Shown piece after piece: positions 25,134-38,319 of a stretch of 64,000 nucleotides of DNA. Position numbers and translations under genes: made by a program. Origin of the DNA: Botryllus schlosseri. Lineage: Eukaryota. The stretch covers positions 14,014,001-14,078,000 of the forward strand of contig CM119371.1 in assembly GCA_051294905.1 (NCBI GenBank), read 5' to 3'. The notes beneath the pieces were generated by a model, which was not told the DNA's origin, did no database searches, and was given only the letters and a program-made list of their open reading frames with translations. Each line of letters opens with the position of its first letter. The first letter of the stretch is position 1.

Positions 25134-25206
25134 CGCCGGATAGCGGACTTGAACCTTTGACCGTTGGATTAAAAGTCCAACGCTCTACCGACTGAGCTAA
25201 CCGGGC
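25134..25206 (-). tRNA. tRNA-Lys(UUU), 3' half with stem mismatches (possible pseudogene)
   Basis: 5' 49 nt identical to copy 1; T stem AAAGG/CCGCT is imperfect. Confidence 0.7.
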
Positions 25207-25239
25207 TGTTACAGTCAGCGTACGATAGAGGTAATAGTG

Positions 25240-26422
25240 TAGGGATGGTGTGAACCTCTGAAAGGTTCAGGTTCGTGTGAACGCGAACCTTTTTGAAAGG
25301 TTCTGTGTGAACACGAACGTGAACCTCGTGACGTCACGTGACGTCATATTGCTAATTCCAACCCTATCCTTCAATGAAATGATAGCCTATATTAATGTGC
25401 ACGATACCTAGTGACGACTCGGGCAACATAGCGTCACAATGCTGAAGTATTGACGTTTTAAACGTCGCCAAATATATCAACTGGGGCAATTAAATGATAT
25501 AATTATCCCATAAAATCAATATCTTCCGCCTTTGCCAACAATTTCGACGTGGACTTACCAGGGAACATAAGAAAGGAAGGTGTATTTTTGTCTTTGATGT
25601 TTTTGCAGCATATACACCGAATCATGATATACATACACACGATCTGCGCATATATGCATACCATGATTACATTATGTACATATGCCGCTGGGCAAGGAAG
25701 ATGCAGATATATAGCCTTGTAGCAGTGTTGGGATGGCTCGAGTCATGACTTGACTCAAATCAGACTTAAATCACCTTTTTCGTGTGACAGACCGGAAAAT
25801 GTATTCGGCATCCGAGTATTGCTACATTGATTTTTATCATGGTGTGAATGTGAACTATGCTTGCTACTGATATTACCCCATTAACAAGATTTATAGCAGT
25901 ATAGCCAACACCTCAGTGGCACCGATTTGGTTTTAATGATACAGTAAACATGAAGTCAAGATTGACCCCGTGCGCCTGCTAGATTTTTTACTTCAGAAAA
26001 CGATATCAATCTCATTGATTGGTCGAATAAGCATCATTCAATGACTACATAGCTTATTTCGCTCGTGATGTTTTGTGATTGCGGGTCAAGCTCGCAGCAG
26101 AGAGTCGCTAAATATTTACAAACGGAAAGCTGGATCTTTCGAGCAAACTTTTGCAACAAAGCAACTGAAACTTTTGAGATTGTCAAGTTGCATGCTCGTT
26201 TAGTGTTGATTATTTTATGCTGACAGCACCATGCATGGAGTGGCCTGCAGTTGAAATGCAATAAATTTAAACCAACGATGTTATAATGAAGTGAAAATTG
26301 TTATATATGAAAAAGGTTCACAGAGCAGAACCTACCAAGGTTCTGTTGTGAACGCGAACCTCTAAATTTCCGAGGTTCACACACAGAACGCGAACGTGGA
26401 CCTCGCGTTCACACCATCCCTA
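25240..26422. mobile_element. hAT-like non-autonomous element inserted in the tRNA array
   Basis: TIR tagggatggtgtgaac/gttcacaccatcccta; GAACC/GTGAAC subterminal repeats; TSD unclear. Confidence 0.75.
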
Positions 26423-26481
26423 GGTAATACCATAATTATCAAACGAAACCGCTGAGTGCTGAGCTTATATACAGACGGACA

Positions 26482-26554
26482 GGCCCGATGAAGGACTTGA
26501 TGCCTTGGCCGATGAAATAAATTTCCAACGCTCCACCGACTGAGCTAACCGGGC
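26482..26554 (-). pseudogene. tRNA-Lys pseudogene
   Basis: Acceptor and D arm retained; anticodon arm destroyed. Confidence 0.75.
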
Positions 26555-27051
26555 TGCGTTAGTGAAGTTGCGATATGGGTTGATCGTAAGGACAAAGGTG
26601 TCAAACATACGGCCGCGGGCGGCATCCGGTCCGCGAAGATATTTTGCACATTTCTTGCAAATGTTGAGATTGTTTGTACGAAATATTATCATCAAATTAT
26701 CCCTCAATAAAGAAAAATGTCGAGTATGTTCATTTAATTGTTCCATCGTTCTAGGCCACATTATAGCCATCCGACAGTAGTGTTGTGGTCTCACTCTTTT
26801 GACCATCAGCAAGGAAGAGCCGTTATTTACGCCAAATTCCGAGAATACAAAAAATGCACACTCAATTCCGAGTTTTATGGAGAAATGTATAAAAAGTAGT
26901 TATTCACAGAAGTGAAACCGTCATAGTGAGAAACCGCTTTATGGAAGTTACATGGAGAATATAATTGTTACTCAAAAATATAATTCAGATATCTGTGGAC
27001 GCACTCCCAATTTCGCTTATGACTTAACAGCACCTCTGCATACGGAGAAAC

Positions 27052-28637
27052 TATAGATATAACTAACCTACGGATAGATGCGCATGACGTGATTCACGGT
27101 TGAGTGATGCTACAGTCGCAGATTTGTTGTCGCTTCATAGCATGAAACGGCAACGCAATTGCTAATCCCATACATGATGACCCGAGCGCTCAAATTTGTT
27201 AAGGTTGATATTATTCGAAAGCTACAGTCGAGCTGATTCTGATAATCTGCATTAAATTTTCATCAAGGCAATGGAACCACCCCGAAATAGCCTTTAAAGT
27301 CTGAAAATCGGCATTGTTGTAAACCAGGGGTGTCAAACACGGCCCGCGGGCCGCATCCGGCCCTTGAAGCAATTCTACCTTGTTTGAAAAGTGCTTGTAT
27401 TATCCAGCATAATTATAACAAATGACGAGATATTTTAGAGAAAATATTTCCACTAAATAATCCCTCAATACGACAAATGTCGAGCATGTTCATTGTTCAT
27501 AGGCCACATTTTATCCTCCTGGCTGCGTCGTTGTGGTTTCACACTGGTAGCAAGTCAGTGGCATTTACACGCAATTTCGAGACGGCAAGAAGAGCAAAAA
27601 ATGGAACAAAAAGTAGTTATTCGCAGAAGTGAAAACGCCAATGAGGAACCGTTATATGTAGCGTAAATGGAGAATATATTAGTTACTTACGCACGCACTG
27701 CTGTGTCACTCCTGGCGGAATAGGTCCCCAGATTTAGACTGGTGATTGAGGGCGGAGATAAATAAGTTTTTATACTAGCTAGCTATAGTTTGTTCCGGTT
27801 TGTTAAATCATGAGATTAACACTAACTTTATGCTCTGCGATCAACCGGTTTCCTTAATCCTGGGTTGATAAATCCTGACGAATGCGATAATCGACTCTAA
27901 TGCTAACCCAACTTTATTATCTCCGCCCTTAATAATAATAATCCAAATTTCAACGTCCACGTTTCACAACGCATACGCAGGGCTGATTCCAGATAACGAC
28001 CAAAGCAAGGGGAGCATGGAAAAATGCCAACGTATGTCGTCATTAGCCCTACTCTTTTATCGGCTCGTAACTGTATTATGTTTGTCAATTTCATTGCTCG
28101 CGAATATTAATGCTAGAATAAAACCGCTATGATCGTGTATTAACTATATATGCGTTGTATAATGAAGTATTGAAGTGAGAAGCAATGACATGAGGATTTT
28201 GGATCAGTTGACTGGTCCGGCCCGCTAGCGATTTCAAGGCTTGAATCCGCCCGCGAGGCAATTTGAGTTTGACACCCCTGTTCTAAATAATCAAAACGAC
28301 GCAGCACAATGACTATAACGATATGGTCCTTGCGCGGTTGCGATTGTTCAGAACAATGCCGATTTTCAGACTTTGAGGGGTATTTAGAGGGGGTCCCTTT
28401 GCCCTGATCAGATTTTGTTGTATATTATCAAAATCAGCGCGACTGTAGCTTTCAAATAAGATCAACTTTATTAAATTTGAGCGCTCGGGTCGTCATCTAA
28501 GGGATTAGCAATTACGTTGCCGTTTCATGCTATATGAAGCGACAGCAAATCTTCGAATATAGAATCACTCGACCGTGAATCACGTGTTTATATAGCTCAG
28601 TGCGTGATGCGCGTTTATCCGTACGTAGTTATCTGTA
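27052..28637. mobile_element. Long-TIR element with 7-bp TSD, containing a hAT MITE at 27325-28280
   Basis: 27052-27320 is an inverted match of 28350-28637; direct repeat gagaaac on both flanks; inner caggggtgtcaaac/gtttgacacccctg. Confidence 0.78.
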
Positions 28638-29431
28638 GAGAAACCGAATCACGATATAATAGTAATCAACCAGCATTAATACCGGTATATGTTTCGTATT
28701 CCTCATAACGCGTATACCGTACACATGAGGTTACTCTTTTAACAGTTTATTATATTACCTTGTTTACTGTTTATAGCCAGCCATAATCTTAATTTTGAAA
28801 ACTCCATTGTTCGCTAATAAAAGTGTTGCTAACGTATAACGTTATGAAACGTTACAATGTGATATATTATTGTATAGGGTTACCATACGTCCTCTTTTAA
28901 GAGGATTTGTCCTCTTTTTTGACTTTTTTGAAAGTGTCCTCGGAGGACGCCCATTTGTCGTCTTTTTTGAGATTTTGTCCTCTTTTTAAAAAAGTTAGGT
29001 CAGATTTAGAGCAAATTACGAGTGATATGCCGTAAATTAGCACAGAAGTGACGCTCCGGTGGGTTTTCCGGAGCGAAAAACGGTGATTTTGGCTCTGAGC
29101 GAAAATAGGGCCTTTTATTAGTCATCCACCTAGCAATGCAGAGAAAAAAACGGTATTTTGAGCTCTGAGCGGAAAGAAGGTCTTTTATTTAGTCAATCGA
29201 TCACAAAGTGGGAAAAATTCACCGATTTCCAAAATATGGTGAGCCTACTTAATAATTGGGCATTCAAGCAATAAAAAAGGGTATGGAATTTCAATCATTT
29301 GCATGGTCAGGCCCGCGAGCGATCAGATGGTTTGAATCCGGCCCGCGAAGTAATTTGAGTTTGACACCCCTGGTTTAGGACTAATAGGGCAATTATTAAA
29401 CGAAACTGAACTAATAATAAACAAACTAACT

Positions 29432-29504
29432 CGCCCGATAAGGGACTTGAACCCTTGACCGTTGGATTAAAAGTCCAACGCTCTACTGACTGAGCTAACC
29501 GGGC
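29432..29504 (-). tRNA. tRNA-Lys(UUU), best-folding copy
   Basis: All four stems pair (GCCCGGT/ATCGGGC, GCTC/GAGC, TTGGA/TCCAA, AAGGG/CCCTT); D-loop reads AG instead of the invariant GG. Confidence 0.85.
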
Positions 29505-29602
29505 TGCGGTAATGAGCGCTCGATAGGGGCTACTTATTTAGAAGTAACAAATAATAATTACAAATTACAAAACATAATTGAACTAATATGTGCAAAAGAC
29601 CA

Positions 29603-29668
29603 CGCTCGATAAGGGAACCGAACCCTTGACGGTTGAATTTTTAGTCAAATGCTCTACCGACTGCGCTA
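29603..29668 (-). pseudogene. tRNA-Lys pseudogene, 5' end lost
   Basis: Degenerate sixth copy with the same flank, abutting a SINE-A fragment at 29690-29895. Confidence 0.7.
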
Positions 29669-30520
29669 TACAGTGTTCGCAGCTGCAATACCAAATAGGT
29701 TGCTGGTTTGATTCCAGCCGAGGCCGACCCCATAACGCCATCTCATTAGCGTAAGCGGTGTCTCATAAAGCCAAGACGTGGATCGTGAAGTGATACCATA
29801 GCAATTTACAGCTACGGAAGCAAGATAGAGAATACTGGTCTGGTGTAAATGGTCATCGCAGTCGGAAAACACCATTAACGCCACAAATAACGACAATGAC
29901 GCATTGTGCGCTGGATCAACCTTTCATTCGTTTTGTCACATAGCCTGTATCATGGTGGGTCGCACAATGAAATTTGGATGAAAAGTGGGTCGCGAACTGA
30001 AAAGGGTTGGAATTTGGAAAGCACTGGTTATAATTCGATTAGCATAGGGTTCGTCGTTTTTAAGAGGATTTATCCTCTGATTTGATCCTTTTGAAAAATG
30101 TCTTAATCATCATCATACATTTAGTATCAGTATCAAACCAGTATACACCACTACGACGCAAAATCGACCCTCTGCTCGCCGACTTCGACTCGGCTGGATG
30201 CAGTGGTGAATTGAAAATGACTCGAATTGACTCGAGTCGAAACTATAGCCTAAAAGTGAGTTTGACTTGTGACTCATCGGAACCTTGTGACTTTTAGGTT
30301 AGAGCCCTGATATATCGTTGGACCAACTACACGTTAGCGATATCGCAGCAATTGGTCGATTTCACGTTAAGTGCGGCTGGGAACTTAAGGCTGTATTAGA
30401 TTCGGTTCGCGTAGGCTCGCAAAGGTCCGCGTCGGAGGTTTATCTGAGTTGCTATCCCCCCGTGTCGGCGTTTTAACGGCTACAAAAAAAGGCCCAGAAA
30501 AGACCCGATAAAGAATAATG

Positions 30521-31094
30521 CAGGGTTGTAACCGAGTCACAATGTTCCGAGTCACAGAATTTTGAATCGAGTCATGTAGAGTCATTTTCAATTCACCACC
30601 GAGTCAAGTCCGACTCCAAGTCATAGTCTCGAGTCCGAGTCACAGTGTTTTGACTCGAGTCCGAGTCGAAAGTCATTATGTTCACTTGTCCTGTTTTCAG
30701 TTCTATCCGGTTCTATCCACTTTTTTTAACTCTGCTTGCGTGATATCGAATGGCTCGAATTCCTAATATATTTAATTTTCCTCAGTTTTAACAGTTTGTG
30801 GCCCCATTTTCCAAGTACCAGGACTGATACACGATAATACCAATATAATTTGGTGACTTTACTATTCCTCGAAGTTACACTGAAATGTCGGTCTATTTGC
30901 CGTCGTAGTCTCGAGTTAATGACTTAATAATTCGAGTCATGCACATTGCACAATGACTCGAGTACAAGTCGAGTCAATAAAAAATTGTCTCGAGTCGAGT
31001 CATTTTAAGCATTTGAAGAAATGACTCGAGTCAAGTCGAGTCATCAAAAAATCGTGACTCGAGTCGAGTCATGACTCAAGTCATTACAACCCTG
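30521..31094. mobile_element. hAT-type MITE with GACTCGAGTC repeats
   Basis: TIR cagggttgtaa/ttacaaccctg; TSD gaataatg/gaagaatg. Confidence 0.85.
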
Positions 31095-31273
31095 GAAGAA
31101 TGTAGTCAAAAAAGCAACTGGAAAGAGCAAGAAAGGGCGTCTAAAAATAGGAACGTCGAATCCTGAAAGCCTCACGGCCACTCACCGCTTCCTAGTCCAT
31201 ACTGCAACTGCGTGCTTGTTGTTGATTGGAGTGACGAATAAAAGCCAATATATATGCTGGGGCCAGGGATATC

Positions 31274-33615
31274 CAGAGGTGGTCAAAGTAGTCAAAAAAG
31301 CTACTCAAGTAGAAGTAGAAGTAGCGACGCAAAAATCTACTCAAGTACGAGTAGAAGTACTTCTTCCATTGGCAACCTAAAACTACTTGAAGTAGAAGTA
31401 GAATTTGCTGGCTTTAAAGTTGTATGGATACGATGTTAACACTTTGCGCGATTCGTATACGATGATAAAAAACATGGCGTAACATAAAAATGCCATATAG
31501 TGTAATTTATTTTAAGAAAATAGACGGCGATGCTACACTTGCTTTTAAACTCAAACATGCATGTTCTCCATACAAAAGAACTGAAACTAATTAGATCTCT
31601 AAGTAATGATACTGCGAATTGAACGTGAAATACCAACACTACACCAGAAAAAGCGGAAAATGTATTTTATGTCTTTTGTCGAGACAGTTTTAACGGTGGT
31701 ATGCTAAAACTGATCCAAAACGCTCACAAAGTTAGAGCCCACGTTTCCAGATTAGGACACGCCATGGGCTGCTGGATTACGATATGATGGGTAAATGATA
31801 GATTGCGAAACGGCAGTTTCAAACGTTATGATGGGCCATATTTACTTTGATGAAATATGTCATACGGGCGACCAGTGGCGTAGCAGTCACTTGGCGGTTC
31901 TGGCTCTGCGCCAGGGGCGCAAGGCTCCAAGGGGTGGGGGGGGGAGCAAAATGAGGCTGCACAGTGAGATAGAGAAAGAGATATGGTCTAGCGAGATAAC
32001 CGCGGATATCAGTTTTCGGAGTCTTTGGTCTGACCCGGCCGGGGATCGAGCCCACGACCTACCGATCAAGAAGACGGACGCATCACCATTACACTATCTC
32101 GCTCGGCACAGTGTACACAGCCGCCTAAAAGAAGCGTAATTGGTAGTCCTATAGCTGGCGTCCCGTGAGCTGAAATTTATTCAAACAGGTCTCAATCGAA
32201 AGCTAGTGACGCGCTGATTTCGAAAACACGAATTAATATGTTAACATGGCGATGGATCCACTCCGAAATAGCCGACAAGGCCGATTGTCGGAGAGTTCGC
32301 AGTAAAAGGAGAATCCATGGCGAACCATCAGAAGATGCTGGCCTCAGTGTTGTTGAAGAAGTTAGACGATGCATGTTTCAAGCTTTGGACAGATTTAAAC
32401 TGGAAGCTGAAACTAGGTTTACCGGCATACACCACTTAAATGATATGTTATGATTTTTGAATTCCCACGCGCTGCTGCAAAGCGAAAGTCACAATTTATT
32501 CACCAGCGCCTTTAGAAGCACTTATGACGACGAGGTGGACTTTTTGTAGTTAGCTGCGAAAATTGTCATGCCTTATACCTTCGAATAAGGGATCATATAA
32601 ATCAGAAGATTGCTAGCTTTTCGTAAAAACCAATATGAGGCCTCTAGGACGAACACAAATTAAGATATGATCATATGAAGTTGTTCAACTTGAGATTTTA
32701 AAATGGTTAAGAGGCTGGTGCGGAGCAGTGATCCACGTTTGATCGTAGCGTTTCATGTTTTACAGTGGTTAGTTAATGTAAAGCTACTTGATTCGACACC
32801 ATATTTATGCTCGTGCCTGAAACTTTATCTGACCATTGGGGTTTCAATTGCGAGCAGTGTGAGTAGCTTCTCAAAGCTGAAACTGATTGAAGTCTTATTT
32901 ACGTTCTACCATGAATGATGATCGGCTATCAGCTCTATCCGTTCTGTCTATAGAAAGAGACTACGTTCAAAAACTTGAATTTGAGGATATTATCGCTGAT
33001 TTTGCTTTAAGGCGGCTATTGATTTTATATTTGCACAATACATTCGTTCGCTATTTCTTGTCTTTATTATTTTTGGCCTTATTAACGTTGAGACGGTGAG
33101 GCTGAGACGCGGCGTATTATTTATAATTATTTTTATTGACAAGATTGCTTGAACATGAATATATGTCGAAATTTGCTGCGGTCTACTTAGGGGGGCGGCA
33201 TTTCAAGCGAGAGCCAGGGGCGGCAGCACATGCTGCTACGCCAGTGCGGGCGACAATGCGGCGTAATGCAACCTAAACAACAGTCACTTTCGTGAAAACA
33301 TATTTGTAACTCTATATCTAGGCTACTTGATGCGAAGCGCGACGGAAATTCTGGGTTGAACTTAAATTTTCTTAAAATTGAAAGTTAGAACTCCGTGAAA
33401 ACAGCCCGAGAATTCCCCAGTTTCTCTTTCTAATTGGAGGGTTACACTACTTCTATTTGACAAACTGAAAATAGCGAAAAGTATGTAAGTAGATCACAAA
33501 ATATTACGAAGTAGAAGTAGCGAATATTCTATTTACTTGAGTAAGTACCAGAAGTAGAGGAAAACTACTTGGGTACTTGGAAAAAGTAGAAGTACTTCGT
33601 TACTGACCACCTCTG
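31274..33615. mobile_element. hAT-type element with AGTAGA-rich subterminal repeats; hosts a second hAT
   Basis: TIR cagaggtggtca/tgaccacctctg; TSD gggatatc/gggatata; related fragments at 545-700. Confidence 0.85.
31873..33246 (+). mobile_element. Deleted hAT transposon (ZMYM1/Tip100-like C-terminus) with an antisense SINE-B head at ~32000-32108
   Basis: TIR cagtggcgtagcag/ctgctacgccagtg; perfect TSD cgggcgac; relic LTIGVSIASSVSSFSKLKLI / KSYLRSTMNDDRLSALSVLSIE. Confidence 0.9.
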
Positions 33616-33623
33616 GGGATATA

Positions 33624-33750
33624 TATGGTTGGGACGTAGAATGCGAGACTTAAGCTATCTGTCGCGTTCAAGTGATGGACGCTTGCTCGCGATGCCAAGC
33701 CGACAATAAGCAGGGCGATTGCGTTTCGTTTGGGGCAAGTGCAATAACTC
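33624..33750 (+). pseudogene. Partial RBX2/RNF7 pseudogene
   Basis: Reads WDVECET*AICRVQVMDACSRCQADNKQGDC and then frameshifts; aligns to 38413-38541. Confidence 0.88.
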
Positions 33751-34609
33751 GAGTCAAGTCGAGTCAAGTCAAGTCAAGTCACGAGTCAAGTCACAATTCA
33801 AGTCAAATTGAATTTTAGAAGGGTGAGTGATGATTCAAACTCATAACATATTGCCAGCTGTGTGAAAGACAGATTAATTAGCCATTTATCTTGAATAAAA
33901 TAACGAGTTTAAAGTTAAATATACATGCAAAAAGAAGTTGTATCGCACACGCACACGTAGAGTTGCTAATAAAATACGTGAGTAACTGTATAGTTATATG
34001 CTACAGTCTGTTATTATCAGCCAAAATAGAGGATAGAATACGAAGCCGCGAGAAGTTTAAACAAATAAATATATGAAACAATACAATACCCATCTACACA
34101 TCCATCTACACATGAGAATATAAACGGATAAACTTTATTCATTCGATTTAAATCATACAAGAGGGTTGATAAAGGTGAGCACTGCGCAATATAAGCAGTG
34201 AGCCGTCCACGAAAAGAAGATACGTTGCTATTAATCTACTACTACTAAGCTATGATCATTTCGTTTCCGGCCAATTTATTTGTGATGTAACAATGGAGGA
34301 CCAATGAAACGTATACAATCAGTGAATGAATGGTTGCTCTCACCGGCGTGTCACCGGCGTATCGCGGATAATCCGAACATTTGATTGACACCATTTACTT
34401 ATTGATGACTTGAAATTGACTCGTAAATTTTGCTCCGAGTCACGAGTCATTCCGCATTTCTGAAGCGCCGAGTCAAGTCAAGTCAAGTCATTTTTCCAAA
34501 GTGACTCGAGTCAAGTCAAGTCATACGAAAAAGTTGACTCGAGTCAGCATGATTCGAGTCATCCCAACACTGTTGGGTACTCTAGGCCGAGGTGGATGTT
34601 AGAGTAAAG

Positions 34610-35819
34610 CAGGGGCGGGCAACTTCTCCAGTCGGCGGGCCGGATGTAGGAAAATTAGGTACTTGGCGGGCCGGATTGCTGAATCGATACATTATTTGCC
34701 CATTTATTCACATACACATTATACATGGTATAAATCGTATTTGATGATAGACATTTTAACGAAGCAATGTTATTTCAAAGCAATTTTTCGCCGATAATGA
34801 CGAAGAGAATGTTGATTTGAGGACAGCATTGTCATGTGGTTCTCAAACTTTTTTGAACACGCCCCCCTTTTTGATAGTGAAAAATTCCGCGCCCCCCTTA
34901 TCGTGATATCACAAATATTAAAGAGGTGAATCAGAATGCTAGCCATCCCAACGGAGAGTTTGATGGCACTAAAGGTTATGGCTATCGATGGGAAAATTCT
35001 CAAATATGAAATTCGGACAATAGACAGAGCATGAGGTTACTGTAAATCGCGTTAACGCGTTCAGTTAACTGTGACTTCGCACCCCCTTCAGATGCTTTCA
35101 CGCCCCCCCCAGCTTGAGAACCACGGTCGCACATGCACCGCCATGTCTGCTTCTCTCTGATCAATCAACACAAGGTTCAATCCTTAATTAAGATTTTAAG
35201 TTGTTCGATAAGCCCGGTACCCCAAATTTACCAAGATATCAATTCATTAGGGTTGAGTAGGTGGCGAGATAGTGGGTGAGATAGCGTAGTGGTATGATAC
35301 ACAGCTACAAAACCCAATGTGTTTTGGGTTCGATTCCGACTCTAGAATTGCTACCTAAATGTTGAAGGTTAATCTAGGCTCCTACTCGCCATCCCATCGG
35401 CATAACTATTAAGCGGTGTCGCACAAAAGCCTGGACGTGTGCCGTGCTACCAGTTGGCGCTCACGGAATCAAAAATAAGAAATATCGGCCTGGTGTAAAT
35501 GACAATTGCAGTCGACAAACACCATGATTACCACAAACAACATTGGGGTTAAGTTCATAGTAAATGCTGACAATGCAAGTCTTTTCGCTTCGACGAACTT
35601 ACTCGTAAGCTCCACTCTCGCACGCTGCGCAGTGCGAACACACGAATATATTAACATACAGTCACTGAAATTTGACGTAGTACCCAAGTAGTGGGAAATC
35701 TCGGCAGACTAATTAGCCACAGGCCACATTATCATGTAAGGCAGGAAGCTGCCCGCGGGCCGGACAAAATGCCGTCGCGGGCCGGATCCGGCCTGCGGGC
35801 CGTATGTTGCCCACCCCTG
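34610..35819. mobile_element. hAT-type element containing a MITE (~34836-35127) and a SINE-A copy (~35262-35542)
   Basis: TIR caggggcgggcaac/gttgcccacccctg; perfect TSD gagtaaag. Confidence 0.87.
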
Positions 35820-35937
35820 GAGTAAAGGATCGGTACTGATGCGTGTCGTTCGGCATCCTCCCATCTGTTCATTACATCGCATTGTGTCTTATCGCATTGT
35901 ACATTGTCTGTAACTTGTTCAGATGAAAATTATAACC

Positions 35938-36144
35938 TAGGCTTACCATATTTCGGAAATGAAAAAAGAGGACACTTTTTCAGAAATTTCAGACATGCAA
36001 AACTGGAGAAGAATTCTCAAAAACCGGTAAATTTTCCCCACTTCATGATCGGTTGACTAAAAAAAAAAGAAAAAAAAAAAAAAAGGTCTTCACTTCCGCC
36101 CAGAGCTCAAAATCACGTTTTTCACTCCACATTACCAGGTGGAT

Positions 36145-36175
<31 letters not shown>

Positions 36176-36408
36176 TCTTCTCGCTCAGAGCTGAAATCAC
36201 CACTTTTCCCTCCGAAATACCCGCCGGAGCTTCACTTCTGCGCTAATTTGCGGCATATCACTCGCAATTTCCTCTAAATCTGACCTAAATTTTCAAAAAA
36301 GAGGACAAAATCTCAAAAAAGAGGACAAAAGGGCGTCCTCCGAGGACACTTTCAAAAAAGTCAAAAAAGAGGACAAATCCTCTTAAAAGAGGACGTATGG
36401 TAAGCCTA
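35938..36408. mobile_element. hAT-type MITE (TAGGCTTACCAT)
   Basis: TIR taggcttaccat/atggtaagccta; perfect TSD ttataacc. Confidence 0.9.
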
Positions 36409-37591
36409 TTATAACCCAATGATTGATTGAAAGGTGACAACGTTGACATTGCCGACATCGCTGACATGGTCAGTTTAAACTCACCCTAGATTTTGGTCAG
36501 CGGATGCTTGCCGCCATCGTTTGCGAACTCAACTCGCTCACTCCAGCACACAGACATAGACAGCGAGCATCCCTCCTTTGTTGTTCATTCGTCGGATTAA
36601 TGTCATTATTCCTTATTACACGGAAGTCATGACGTAAAGAATTTTCACTGCACAATTGTGCGGCAATTATTCTGGTTAGCTTCCCCGAGTTGCCAAGTCT
36701 AATCAAGTTTATTTTTGATCATGAAAATTTTGACGATCGGAAATGTAATGGATGAATGATCACGCCTAGACTGATAGCGATTAGAAAACTTCCGTAGAGT
36801 AATTTTTGAGTCCATCTACTTTGTGAATGTTACAGATTGTTTGCTATGTCGTAGGACAGAACTGATGTTTGAACGGTACTGACAGGCGATATTGAGCATA
36901 TGAAACATAATTCTTTGCGAATGCCGTATATAGAGTGCATCAGCAGATCTGTAAACGTGTAAGAACAAGGACCATAAATCTCAGGGTGCGAGGCTGGTAA
37001 CAAGTGGATATATCACACTGCTTTTTATTATACAATGGTGGGTGTGTACCGTACTGACTGATAGCTGCATGAAAGCATGGCCACGACATTTGTGCCAAAC
37101 GCTATACACCCATTCCACTACGGAATTGATGTCTCTGGGCTGTGGTTGTGGTGTGGTCACTGACTCACTGTGGTGGCACATACGAACAGACAAACTTAAA
37201 CTTTGTGGACTACCTGGTATTGCACGAAAATGCTATATGAATTCATTTTGACATTTGACTAAGGCCGTCGCTATAGATTTGAGCTGATATTGTCTTCTAG
37301 TAGGTATCATCATAATGCGGCACTGACAGGGTTGTGCTTGTGCATATGAAAAGCATCTTCGTGACGTTGTGTTTGTGTATAAAGATATGTATAGTTGTCT
37401 CTTGTGACAGATTCCAGGGAAAATTTCACCGTCAAGTCTACTTTCCTATGCATAACAACATGACCATCACCCGGAATGGAATTGGTGGCAACGTCACGCA
37501 GGATTTTCTGTTTATTTGCTTAATTATTCTATACAGAAAAGCTCTCATCACGCAGGATTTATTTCAAAAAATGAACCGAGATTCCATATAG

Positions 37592-37824
37592 GACCATCAC
37601 CGATCAGAGTTCCCCATGAACATGTCAAAATTTATGGTGTTTATAGTTCTTCCAGTCCATCAGGCAGACTTGCAGTTCCCACAAACTAATGAGTGGAATG
37701 GGAATTTGGTTCTAGTCTACTTTACATCACACTCATTAGTTTGTGGGAACTGGAAGTCAGCCCGATGAACTGGATCAACTGTAGCCTAAACACAATAAAT
37801 TTAGAAACCACGATTGGTGATGGT
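37592..37824. repeat. ~230-bp imperfect palindrome (probable MITE)
   Basis: gaccatcacc...cagttcccacaaactaatgagtg / cactcattagtttgtgggaactg...ggtgatggtc. Confidence 0.8.
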
Positions 37825-38319
37825 CGTGTTGCTGTGGTCTGTGGATAAGAATGCACGCTAGACGCCTGATTTTTTTACTCAGCCAGCTGGAATTCATTTC
37901 AAAAGGATGAAGTTAGTATAGGGTGATATATTGTACTGATGCTACTCGAAAATTGTAGTTGAAATATGGTACGGTAAATCTTGAATGACTAGTGGCCTAG
38001 AGTTTAGCGTGATATGGGTAGCCTAATGGGTATGCCACAATCATCGAATCAATACCAATATAGTTAATAGACCTTTTGTCGTAGTTTCGCTTGGCCCATA
38101 TAGTGTAGTCATTACGATTCTTGAGAAAGATACACATATATTTAAGCTTTTCTGTTCTGTTCTTTTGAAAGTTAACTATATTGTCTTTTTTGCCTGTGAT
38201 ATTTTTAGATTTAACTTTTAATCACATCTTAACGGTAGAAAGGTTAACTGCAACTGACTGGAGATATAACAATATTGTCGACGTAGTTTCGAATCGGATT
38301 ATTATTGGGAAATACCATA

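Noticed and set aside
24770..29670. Regularly spaced repeats as a CRISPR array
   Set aside because: The repeats are tRNA-Lys copies with homologous spacers; eukaryotic context and no cas genes
30370..30480. HDV-like ribozyme in the putative LINE leader
   Set aside because: Could not assemble P1/P2/P3 pairings by eye
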